Position numbers and translations under genes: made by a program | From: Candidatus Omnitrophota bacterium | Lineage (GTDB): Bacteria; Ratteibacteria; UBA8468; MWAK01 | Length of the DNA: 19,570 nt | Direction: 5' to 3' | NCBI GenBank assembly: GCA_043797665.1 | Contig: JAZDPL010000034.1 | Span: 1 to 19,570, forward strand | Shown here: one piece after another, positions 8,756 through 16,424 of the stretch | Position numbering within the stretch: the stretch's first letter is position 1 | Layout: each line of letters starts with the position of its first letter | The notes under the pieces: model-generated | The model's database searches: none | Told to the model about the DNA's origin: nothing | Seen by the model: the letters and a program-made list of their open reading frames with translations, nothing else

Positions 8756-8841
8756 GTAGGGGCTTGATTTATCAAGCCCGCCCCGTAAAAGGCAATAGTC
8801 TCCTATACGGGGCCCGCGGGTCGGATGAATCCGCCCCCTAC
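8756..8841. repeat. family-A REP doublet with a 36-bp nested insertion
   Basis: GTAGGGGCTTGATTTATCAAGCCCGC ... GCGGGTCGGATGAATCCGCCCCCTAC; 86 bp = 50 + 36. Confidence 0.88.
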
Positions 8842-9449
8842 ATCAAATTATTTAACGCATTTGTATCCGTTGTTAAGAAATCGCGGAGTTGTTCTAAAGC
8901 CTGCCGGCGGTGGCTTATCCGGTTCTTCTCTTCCGGCTTCATCTGCGCAAAAGTTTTTTTCTTCTCAGGTAAAAAGAAGATGGGGTCGTAACCGAAGCCA
9001 CCCTCCCCTTTCGGGTTCAAACCAATGAAGCCCTGTTTCTTTCCTTCAAATGCAAAAACTTTTCTTTCCGGAAAAGCTAAACAGACCGCGGAAGTAAATC
9101 TTGCCTGGCGTTTTTCCTTTGGTATTCCCTCCATCAACCCTAAAACCTTGGCGATGTTATCCGAATCTTTTTTGCCGGGACCGGCGAAACGGGCGGAATA
9201 GACACCGGGCTTGCCGCCCAAAGCTGTTATCTCCAGGCCGGAATCCTCTGCCAGAACTATTTTTTTTAGTTTCCGGGCGTAATATTTTGCTTTTTTAGCT
9301 GCGTTTTCGGCAAATGTTTTACCGTCTTCTGCGGGTTCGGGTAAAGGGGGAAAATCATTCAGGGTCAGGAGGCGCACGGGTAACTCTTTAAGGATACCCT
9401 GTATCTCTTTTAATTTTTTCTGGTTACCGGTTGCCACCACAATTTCCAT
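8838..9449 (-). CDS. rdgB: non-canonical purine NTP pyrophosphatase (XTP/dITP diphosphatase)
   Basis: ATGNQKKLKE, TFAENAAKKA, EDSGLE, PGVYSARF, GFGYDPIF and KNRISHR motifs. Confidence 0.96.
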   Translation of the reverse strand: MEIVVATGNQKKLKEIQGILKELPVRLLTLNDFPPLPEPAEDGKTFAENAAKKAKYYARKLKKIVLAEDSGLEITALGGKPGVYSARFAGPGKKDSDNIAKVLGLMEGIPKEKRQARFTSAVCLAFPERKVFAFEGKKQGFIGLNPKGEGGFGYDPIFFLPEKKKTFAQMKPEEKNRISHRRQALEQLRDFLTTDTNALNNLM

Positions 9450-9457
9450 ATCTTTGG

Positions 9458-9480
9458 CGCAGGCTGAAGCCTGCGACTAC
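9458..9480 (-). repeat. family-B GTAG REP
   Basis: Minus strand GTAGT-CGCAGGC-TTCA-GCCTGCG; second copy at 10578-10600. Confidence 0.85.
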
Positions 9481-9485
9481 CTAAG

Positions 9486-9546
9486 GTCATCCTGAGCAAT
9501 AGCGAAGGATCTAAGGGATAGATTCTTCGCTCCGCTCAGAATGACA
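9486..9546. repeat. family-C palindromic element overlapping the mtaB stop
   Basis: GTCATCCTGAGC...GCGAAGGATCTA..TAGATTCTTCGC...GCTCAGAATGAC. Confidence 0.88.
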
Positions 9547-10572
9547 GGTACTACACACTAAAAAATGCTTGAGTAAGGTGCTGCGTTTTTTCTTTATTGT
9601 CTCCGGAACCTGTTCCGGAAAGGAGGCGGCTGGCGTGCCGGGTCGTGGAGAAAACCTGAAGATATGTGCCTTCATAAATCTAAGACTCTTTGCGAAATCT
9701 AACGTTGCTTGAAAATCTTCTTCGGTTTCTCCGGGAAATCCTACCATCAGGTCAGTGGTAAGAATGAGGTTAGGTATTTTGCTTCGGATACGATTAACTA
9801 AAGAAAAATATTCTGCGGTCGTGTAGCCGCGTCCCATTTTTTTCAGGATTCGCTCCGAGCCGGACTGAAGCGGAAGATGAAAATGCGGATAAATTCGCTG
9901 GTCATTCGCCATCAAGTCAATCAAGTCCGGGCTAACCAGGTCTGGTTCCAGGGAACTTAGCCGTACTCTAAAACCGTCTGGTAGATTCGGTAACGCAAAA
10001 ACCTGCTGGAGTAACGAGGTCAAACTTAAACCTGAGTCAGAGCCATAAAGACCTAAGTTTATTCCGGAAAAGACTATTTCCCGGTAGCCGTTGCTGATTA
10101 ATCCCTGAATTTCTGAAATTACCTCGTTTATCGGTCTGCTCCTGACCGGTCCGCGGATGCGGGAAACCAGGCAGTAATGACATCTTTTGCTGCATCCATC
10201 CTCAACCTTAATGAAAGCCCGGGAATGACCGGCAAAGTAGGTAATGCTCTCCCGGGGTTCAGGGAATCGGGATAAAATTTCTTCCAAGGGAACCACCTGT
10301 ATGGGTCCGGTGATATCTCTTCGTGACCGGCTGTCCATCCGGGCAAAACACCCGGTTATGGTGACGTCTTTGCCTTTTGCGGCTCCCTGTTTAGCCAGAC
10401 GTAAACCTTCTGATTCAGCCCGGCTGGTTACGACACAGGTATTGACCACTAATTTATCGGCGTCACTGAGGTTAGTGACCAGTTCGTCACCGGCATTAAC
10501 AAATCTTTCCCGCAGGACCTGGGCTTCGTACTGGCTGACCTTACACCCAAAAACGGCAATTTTTATTTTCAT
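9511..10572 (-). CDS. mtaB: radical SAM methylthiotransferase, MtaB-like, apparently lacking the TRAM domain
   Basis: UPF0004 cysteines (GCKVSQYE, NTCVVT, TGC), CSKRCHYC, RLSSLEP, HFHLPLQSGS and VGFPGETEEDF; only 353 aa. Confidence 0.82.
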   Translation of the reverse strand: MKIKIAVFGCKVSQYEAQVLRERFVNAGDELVTNLSDADKLVVNTCVVTSRAESEGLRLAKQGAAKGKDVTITGCFARMDSRSRRDITGPIQVVPLEEILSRFPEPRESITYFAGHSRAFIKVEDGCSKRCHYCLVSRIRGPVRSRPINEVISEIQGLISNGYREIVFSGINLGLYGSDSGLSLTSLLQQVFALPNLPDGFRVRLSSLEPDLVSPDLIDLMANDQRIYPHFHLPLQSGSERILKKMGRGYTTAEYFSLVNRIRSKIPNLILTTDLMVGFPGETEEDFQATLDFAKSLRFMKAHIFRFSPRPGTPAASFPEQVPETIKKKRSTLLKHFLVCSTCHSERSEESIP

Positions 10573-10577
10573 CTAAA

Positions 10578-10600
10578 CGCAGGCTAAAGCCTGCGGCTAC
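10578..10600 (-). repeat. family-B GTAG REP
   Basis: Minus strand GTAGC-CGCAGGC-TTTA-GCCTGCG. Confidence 0.85.
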
Positions 10601-10602
10601 CA

Positions 10603-10666
10603 TGTCACCCTTGAGCGAAAGCGAAGGGTCTAAGAATTAGATTCTTCGTTATCACTCAGAATGACA
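10603..10666. repeat. family-C palindromic element
   Basis: TGTCACCCTTGAG...CGAAGGGTCTAA..TTAGATTCTTCG...CTCAGAATGACA. Confidence 0.85.
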
Positions 10667-10672
10667 GGTTGG

Positions 10673-11542
10673 TTATGGGATAATTTCCAAAGAAAAATCC
10701 AGGGACGGCGCGGAATGGGTGAGACGGCCGATGGAAATCCGGTCAACTCCAGCCAGCGCATAGGCGCGGACGTTCTGCAGGGTGACCCCGCCCGAAACTT
10801 CTGTCTTTCCCTTGAATCCCATCCGGATAAGTTCTTTTCTTACCGCCCGGACGTTTTCCGGAGACATATTGTCAAGGAGAATGATATCCGCACCCCCGGA
10901 TGCGGCGGTCAAGGCTTCTTTAATATTCTCTACTTCCACCTCAACCGGTATGCCCTTCCTTTTTTTCTTTCGGGCTTCTTTGAGCAACCTGGTGATGGCG
11001 TCCAGCCGGGTCCGGACTTTTTTAGAGGCAGACAGTGCAGAAATATGGTTGTCCTTGATTAAAATTCCGTCAAAAAGCCCGAACCGGTGGTTCTTTCCGC
11101 CGCCGGCTTTTACCGCATACTTTTCCAGTGCACGTAAGGTTGGTGTGGTCTTGCGGGTATCAAAAATATCCGCCCTGGTGCCGGCAGACTTTTCCACAAA
11201 CTTGCGGGTCAAGGTGGCGATTCCGGAAATCCTGCTCAAAAAATTGAGGCTGGTACGTTCCGCAGAAAGGATAACCGGTAAATGCCCGGATACTTCCAAT
11301 ACTTTTTCTCCGGGTAAGACCTCCTGCCCGTCTTTTTTAAATGCCTGAAATTTAACCCGCGGGCTTAACGACAAAAAGGACATCCGGGCCATTGACAAAC
11401 CGGCGATAACCCCCCTTTCTTTGGCAATGATTATCGCTCTGACTGGAGCAGATCCTTCGGGAACCAGGGTTGCAGTTATGTCACCGGGGCCGATATCTTC
11501 TTCCAGTGCGGACCGGACCAATTCTTTCCAGTTCTTTTTCAC
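10673..11542 (-). CDS. nadC: nicotinate-nucleotide diphosphorylase (carboxylating)
   Basis: EDIGPGDIT, AERTSLN, DTRKTTP, NHRFGL, LIKDNH, EVE, LLDNM, EVSGG and LTHSA motifs. GTG start with AAGGAG SD (11555-11550) inside uvrB. Confidence 0.96.
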   Translation of the reverse strand: MKKNWKELVRSALEEDIGPGDITATLVPEGSAPVRAIIIAKERGVIAGLSMARMSFLSLSPRVKFQAFKKDGQEVLPGEKVLEVSGHLPVILSAERTSLNFLSRISGIATLTRKFVEKSAGTRADIFDTRKTTPTLRALEKYAVKAGGGKNHRFGLFDGILIKDNHISALSASKKVRTRLDAITRLLKEARKKKRKGIPVEVEVENIKEALTAASGGADIILLDNMSPENVRAVRKELIRMGFKGKTEVSGGVTLQNVRAYALAGVDRISIGRLTHSAPSLDFSLEIIP

Positions 11543-13523
11543 CTTTCAACTCCTTAATCTTGTCTCTTATGTGCGCTGCCCGTTCAAAATCAAGTTCCCG
11601 GGAAGCCTTAAACATTTCCGCCTCCAGACGTTTGATTACCGTAAAAAGGTTTTGGTCGGTAATCTCCTCTTTCAGAATCACGTCGGAAGACCTGGGTTTT
11701 TCGCTTAGAATCTCCTCTATTCCTTTATAAATCCCCTTCCGGATAGTGACCGGAGTAATGTTATGCTCCTGGTTATACTCCATTTGAATTTTGCGCCGGC
11801 GTTCCGTTTCTGCCATCGCCGCCCGCATCGCATTGGTAATTTTATCCGCGTAGAGGATAACTTCACCGTCCAGCGACCGGGCCGCCCGGCCGGCGATCTG
11901 AATCAGGGAAGTCTCCGAACGCAAGAATCCTGCTTTGTCCGCCTCCAGAATCGCCACCAGACTTACCTCCGGCAAATCCAGACCTTCCCGCAGAAGATTG
12001 ATGCCCACCAGCACGTCATACTTTGCCTCGCGTAATTCCCGTAAGAGTTCCACCCGGCGGAAGGTGTCTACCTCGTAATGGATATATTCTACCTTTATTC
12101 CTAAATTTTTCAAATAATCGGCTAACTCTTCCGCGGTATTTTTGCTAAGAGTAATGATCAGCGTGCGCTGGGTTTTGGCGGTTCGCCTCTTAATTTCGGC
12201 AACTATGTCGTCAATCTGGTTAGCGGCCGGCCGGACAATCATCGGCGGGTCTAAAAGTCCGGTAGGCCGGATAATCTGCTCGGCAATACCGGGTGATTTG
12301 TCACCTAAATATCTGGCACCGGAAATCTTTAATTCATACTCGCCGGGAGTTGCGGACACAAAGATGACGGAACGCATAAACTTCTGAAATTCTTCCCACC
12401 TTAACGGCCGGTTGTCCAGCGCCGACGGGAGACGGAATCCGTATTCCACCAGCGTCTCTTTCCGGGAACGGTCTCCAAAGAACATACCCCGTATCTGCGG
12501 AATACTGATGTGGCTCTCGTCGATAAAAAGGAGGAAGTCTTCGGGAAAGAAATCAAGCAGGCAATAAGATCGTTCTCCGGGAAGTCTGCCGTCAAAATGC
12601 CGGGAATAGTTTTCCACACCGTGGCAGTATCCCATCTCCTCCAGCATTTCTAAATCGTAATTGGTGCGTTGTTCCAGTCTCTGGGCTTCCAGAATCTTCT
12701 CCGTCTTCTTCAGCCCATCCAGACGCTCTTTTAATTCCTCCCGGATACTCTTTACGGCGCGCTCCATTTTGGGCCGGGTGGTAACAAACTGTTTGGCGGG
12801 ATAGATGAGTATTTCCTCTTCTTTCACCGAATCTTTTCCGGTCAGCGTATCAAAGTAAGAAATGTTGATTATCCGGTTACCAACAACCTCAATCCGTAAG
12901 CCGCGTTCTTCGTAGGAAGGCACCATCTCTAAGCGGTTCCCCCGAACCCGGAATCTGCCGCGGCTCAGGTCAAAATCGTTGCGTTCATACTGAATTTCAA
13001 TCAGGCGTCTCATAATATCCCGGAGACTAAACTCCTGTCCCCGGGCAAGATGGAGAGTCAAACCGGCGTAGTCTTCCGGACTGCCGGAGGGATAGATACA
13101 GGAGACGGTTGCCACCACAATAGTATCGCGGTGGGTAACCAGACTGCTGACCCCGTACATCCGCATACGGTCAATATCCTCGTTGATAGAAACGTCTTTT
13201 TCAATATAAGTATCCGTGGTTGGAATGTACGCCTCGGGCTGATAGTAATCATAGTAACTGACAAAGTAAGCCACCCGGCTTTTCGGAAAGAATTCCTTGA
13301 ATTCGCCGTATAACTGTGCGGCCAGAGTCTTATTAGGCGATATAACCAGGGTCGGTTGCTGAACCTGATTGATGACGCTTGCCATCGTGTAAGTTTTACC
13401 GCTGCCGGTAACACCCAGGAGTGTCTGGCAAGGAACATTGTCTTTTAAATTTCCGGTCAACGTCTCAATTGCCTTCGGCTGGTCACCGGCGGGTTTAAAT
13501 CCTGAAATCAGTTCAAATCCCAT
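11481..13523 (-). CDS. uvrB: excinuclease ABC subunit B
   Basis: GDQP, LGVTGSGKT, YFVSYYDYYQPEAY, DESH, SATP, GINLLREGLDLPEV, QIAGRAAR and a C-terminal UVR domain. Confidence 0.98.
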   Translation of the reverse strand: MGFELISGFKPAGDQPKAIETLTGNLKDNVPCQTLLGVTGSGKTYTMASVINQVQQPTLVISPNKTLAAQLYGEFKEFFPKSRVAYFVSYYDYYQPEAYIPTTDTYIEKDVSINEDIDRMRMYGVSSLVTHRDTIVVATVSCIYPSGSPEDYAGLTLHLARGQEFSLRDIMRRLIEIQYERNDFDLSRGRFRVRGNRLEMVPSYEERGLRIEVVGNRIINISYFDTLTGKDSVKEEEILIYPAKQFVTTRPKMERAVKSIREELKERLDGLKKTEKILEAQRLEQRTNYDLEMLEEMGYCHGVENYSRHFDGRLPGERSYCLLDFFPEDFLLFIDESHISIPQIRGMFFGDRSRKETLVEYGFRLPSALDNRPLRWEEFQKFMRSVIFVSATPGEYELKISGARYLGDKSPGIAEQIIRPTGLLDPPMIVRPAANQIDDIVAEIKRRTAKTQRTLIITLSKNTAEELADYLKNLGIKVEYIHYEVDTFRRVELLRELREAKYDVLVGINLLREGLDLPEVSLVAILEADKAGFLRSETSLIQIAGRAARSLDGEVILYADKITNAMRAAMAETERRRKIQMEYNQEHNITPVTIRKGIYKGIEEILSEKPRSSDVILKEEITDQNLFTVIKRLEAEMFKASRELDFERAAHIRDKIKELKGEKELERIGPVRTGRRYRPR

Positions 13524-13531
13524 CGTTTTTT

Positions 13532-13561
13532 ATTATATCGTTATTTCTATATGGTATGCAA
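13532..13561 (-). promoter_or_regulatory. promoter of uvrB (probably leaderless)
   Basis: Minus strand TTGCAT(13561-13556)-18 bp-TATAAT(13537-13532); 8 nt to the ATG; no SD. Confidence 0.65.
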
Positions 13562-13570
13562 CCTTGAGGC

Positions 13571-13599
13571 TTGACAAACAAGATGTTGTGTTTTATAAT
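13571..13599 (+). promoter_or_regulatory. perfect-consensus sigma70 promoter of the nrdR-nrdD operon
   Basis: TTGACA(13571-13576)-17 bp-TATAAT(13594-13599). Confidence 0.9.
13576..13591 (+). promoter_or_regulatory. NrdR box 1
   Basis: AAACAAGATGTTGTGT fits acaCwAtATaTwGtgt and fills the -35/-10 spacer. Confidence 0.85.
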
Positions 13600-13607
13600 A
13601 TAGCAAA

Positions 13608-13623
13608 CCACAATATGCGGTGT
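13608..13623 (+). promoter_or_regulatory. NrdR box 2
   Basis: CCACAATATGCGGTGT starts 32 bp after box 1, the typical tandem spacing, and overlaps the nrdR ATG. Confidence 0.75.
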
Positions 13624-14070
13624 CCTTTCTGCAGTTACCTGGAAGATAAAGTCGTAGACAGTCGCCTTTCAGAAGATGGCAAAAGTATCCGTCGCCGGAG
13701 GGAATGTTTAGGCTGTAACCGCAGGTTCACCACCTATGAAATTGTAGAAGAAAAACCCCTGATGGTAGTCAAACGGGACGGACGTCGGGAACCTTTTTCC
13801 CGGGACAAATTACAGGCAGGGTTAGCGAAGGCTTTCGAAAAAAGGCCGGTAGAAACGGAAGAGATTGAACGCACTGTGGACCGAATCAGCGGGGACTTAA
13901 GAAGTCAGTACGAAAAAGAAGTGCCCGCGGTAAAAATCGGTGAATTGGTAATGGAATCCCTGAAGAAGATTGATGCGGTAGCCTACGTGCGTTTTGCCTC
14001 AGTCTACCGCCAGTTTACCGATGTTGCCGAGTTTACGAAAGAGGTCGCCCAATTAAAAAACAATAAATAA
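13615..14070 (+). CDS. nrdR: transcriptional repressor NrdR
   Basis: MRCPFC...VVDSR...IRRRRECLGC..RFTTYE zinc ribbon, ATP cone and AYVRFASVYR. The true start is ATG 13615 (151 aa), not 13438. Confidence 0.97.
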   Translation: MRCPFCSYLEDKVVDSRLSEDGKSIRRRRECLGCNRRFTTYEIVEEKPLMVVKRDGRREPFSRDKLQAGLAKAFEKRPVETEEIERTVDRISGDLRSQYEKEVPAVKIGELVMESLKKIDAVAYVRFASVYRQFTDVAEFTKEVAQLKNNK

Positions 14071-14073
14071 ATA

Positions 14074-16410
14074 ATGGATAAAATGGAACAAGTTAAAGAA
14101 GTAAGGAAACGGGACGGTAAGGTGGCGCCGTTTGAAAAAACAAAGATTATCGATGCCATCTTCAAAGCAGCGTCTGCAGTCGGTGGCGCCGACCGTAACT
14201 TAGCGGAAGATCTGGCGGATGCGGTTACCATTTATCTCTCACGAGAATTTATCGGACATATTCCTACGGTAGAGGAAATTCAGGATATCGTAGAACGTGT
14301 CCTTATTAAAACCGGACATGCCAGAACCGCCAAAGCGTATATCCTTTATCGCCAAAAAAGAGCCAAAGTGAGACAGGTTAGAGCCGGGGTACTACCCGAA
14401 GAAACAAAACTGGGTGAACTGGAGGTTACCAGATTAAAGGAATCGACCGACTTAGCTCTCTTTGTCCGTACCAGTGCAGAAGACATCGTTTCCTGGGACC
14501 GGAAAAAGATTGTGGAAGCGCTCTGCCGGGAGACCGGACTCCACCAGAACATTGCGGAAATCATTGCTCTGGAAGTGGAGGACGATATCATCGCCTCCAA
14601 AATTAATACCCTGACCGCTCCCCTTATCCGGGAGATGGTCAATGCCAAACTGGTAGAGTATGGATTTGAAGATGAACGCAGACGGCATACCCGATTAGGT
14701 ATGCCCCATTACGATGTCCGGCAGGTAATTACCCTGCCCAATAAGGAGAACGCCAATATTCCCCACAATCCGGAGGCAACCAACCTTTCCCTTGCCGAAG
14801 CGATAAAAAAAGAATTTGCCCTTCTGGAAGTTTTCAGTCCGGACGTGGCGGACAACCATCTCTCCGGCGACATCCATTTGCATGATCTGGGGATGATAGA
14901 CAGACCTTATTGCAGTGGACAATCGCTGGAATACGTAAAGAAGTTCGGGCTTTCGTTACCCAATGCGCTTTCCATCGCCAAACCGGCCAAACATCCGGAA
15001 ACACTATTAGCGCATATGGTTAAATTCTCCGCGGCGCTCCAGGGAAGTTTTGCCGGCGCGATCGGGTGGGATGCGGTCAATTATTTCTTTGCGCCTTTCC
15101 TGGTCGGAATGTCAGACCGGGAGATTAAACAATTAGCCCAGATGTTAATCTACGAATACAGCCAGCAGGCGGTAGCCCGGGGTGGTCAGGCAATATTCAG
15201 CGATATCAATATCTACTGGGAAATCCCGGACCATTTTGTCAAGACTCCGGCGATCGGACCCGGCGGTCAGTACACCGGAAAAACCTATGCGGAATACCAA
15301 AAAGAAGCACAGAAGTTTGCCTGGGCGCTCTTTGACGTTTACTCCCAGGGTGACGGATTGGGCAGACCTTTCTTCTTTCCCAAACCCCTTTGCCATCTTA
15401 CCAATAAACTGTTTGCCACAGAAGGTGCGGATGACTATCTCCACCATATCAGCCGGGTAGCCGCTGAAAAAGGCAACACCTACTTTGTCTTTGACCGGGG
15501 CAAAACCGCCAAGGTCTCGGAATGCTGCCGGCTCTCCTTTGTGCTGAATTCCACCGATCTTTCCGAGGCGGTTACACCCTGGAAAATGCGTTTTTGCGCT
15601 TTACAAAACGTCACTTTGAACCTTCCCCGGACCGCCTACCGGGCACAGGGCAAAGACGAAAAACTCTTTCCGGAAATAGACCGGATACTGGCTTTGGCAA
15701 TAAAAGCCCACCAGCAGAAACGAATTTTTATTCAGCACCTCCTCTCGCTTGGTACCAGGAGTCCCCTGGCTTTGCTCAATATGCAGCAGGACGGCGAACC
15801 TTACCTGCGGATGCATCGGGTTACCTATCTCGTTGGACTGTTAGGGTTGAATGAAATGGTCCAGTTCCATTTAGGTCAGGAACTGCACGAATCCGAAGAG
15901 GCGCTTCGTTTAGGGCTGAAAGTTCTTGCCTACCTTAACCTTGCCTGTCAGCGTTACAGCAAGGAATTGGATATGAAGTTTGTTCTGGAACAGACACCCG
16001 CGGAATCCACCGCTTACCGCCTGGCAAAATTAGACTTATCGCACTTTCCGCTGGCTGCCTACAAAGTGGTGAAAGGAAACCAGGACAGTGGCGGAGTTTA
16101 TTATACCAACTCTACTTACTTCAACGTCTCCGCTTCTCTTTCGCCCATTGAAAAAGTGACCCGGGAGGGTTTGATGCATCCCCTGATAGAAGCCGGCGCT
16201 CTTTCTCACGTCTGGTTAGGTGAATCCCAGCCGGACCCGAAAACATTGGCAAATTTCGTAAAGAAAACTTTTCTTCATACCCAGAACGCCCAGATTGCTT
16301 TCAGTCCGGAGTTTACCACCTGTCTTGACTGCGGCCGGCTCATCCGGGGTCTATCCAAGGAATGTCCTTACTGCAAGGACGCAGTCCTGGAAGGTGTTAC
16401 TGCCTTATAA
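14074..16410 (+). CDS. nrdD: class III (anaerobic) ribonucleoside-triphosphate reductase catalytic subunit with two ATP cones, lacking the glycyl-radical loop
   Basis: ATP cone (VRKRDG..PFEKTKI), IHLHDL, RPYC, SECCRL, QTPAESTAYRLAKLD, YYTNS and the CxxC-x12-CPxC zinc site; ends EGVTAL* with no RxxGY. Confidence 0.93.
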   Translation: MDKMEQVKEVRKRDGKVAPFEKTKIIDAIFKAASAVGGADRNLAEDLADAVTIYLSREFIGHIPTVEEIQDIVERVLIKTGHARTAKAYILYRQKRAKVRQVRAGVLPEETKLGELEVTRLKESTDLALFVRTSAEDIVSWDRKKIVEALCRETGLHQNIAEIIALEVEDDIIASKINTLTAPLIREMVNAKLVEYGFEDERRRHTRLGMPHYDVRQVITLPNKENANIPHNPEATNLSLAEAIKKEFALLEVFSPDVADNHLSGDIHLHDLGMIDRPYCSGQSLEYVKKFGLSLPNALSIAKPAKHPETLLAHMVKFSAALQGSFAGAIGWDAVNYFFAPFLVGMSDREIKQLAQMLIYEYSQQAVARGGQAIFSDINIYWEIPDHFVKTPAIGPGGQYTGKTYAEYQKEAQKFAWALFDVYSQGDGLGRPFFFPKPLCHLTNKLFATEGADDYLHHISRVAAEKGNTYFVFDRGKTAKVSECCRLSFVLNSTDLSEAVTPWKMRFCALQNVTLNLPRTAYRAQGKDEKLFPEIDRILALAIKAHQQKRIFIQHLLSLGTRSPLALLNMQQDGEPYLRMHRVTYLVGLLGLNEMVQFHLGQELHESEEALRLGLKVLAYLNLACQRYSKELDMKFVLEQTPAESTAYRLAKLDLSHFPLAAYKVVKGNQDSGGVYYTNSTYFNVSASLSPIEKVTREGLMHPLIEAGALSHVWLGESQPDPKTLANFVKKTFLHTQNAQIAFSPEFTTCLDCGRLIRGLSKECPYCKDAVLEGVTAL

Positions 16411-16424
16411 AAAACGGAGGTATT

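Noticed and set aside
1181..10666. CRISPR array or integron attC cassette array
   Set aside because: The repeats are dispersed between core housekeeping genes, with no regular spacers, no cas or integrase gene and no attC R-box pattern.
11481..11542. 62-nt uvrB/nadC overlap
   Set aside because: Explained by a non-conserved UvrB tail after the UVR domain; nadC has its own SD.
12292..12305. Small hairpin GGTGA-TTTG-TCACC at a short UvrB loop insertion
   Set aside because: Only a 5-bp stem with no match to the repeat families here; could be chance.
13438..13614. 59-aa N-terminal extension of NrdR in the ORF track
   Set aside because: It overlaps uvrB and both promoters; NrdR begins at MRCPFC (13615).
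16329..16424. Programmed -1 frameshift fusing nrdD to the small radical-domain ORF
   Set aside because: The -1 frame is open from 16329, but the only slippery run (AAAAAAC, 16409-16415) overlaps the nrdD stop. The small gene has its own strong SD, and a fusion would insert about 75 aa between the zinc site and the radical loop. Not fully excluded without proteomics.
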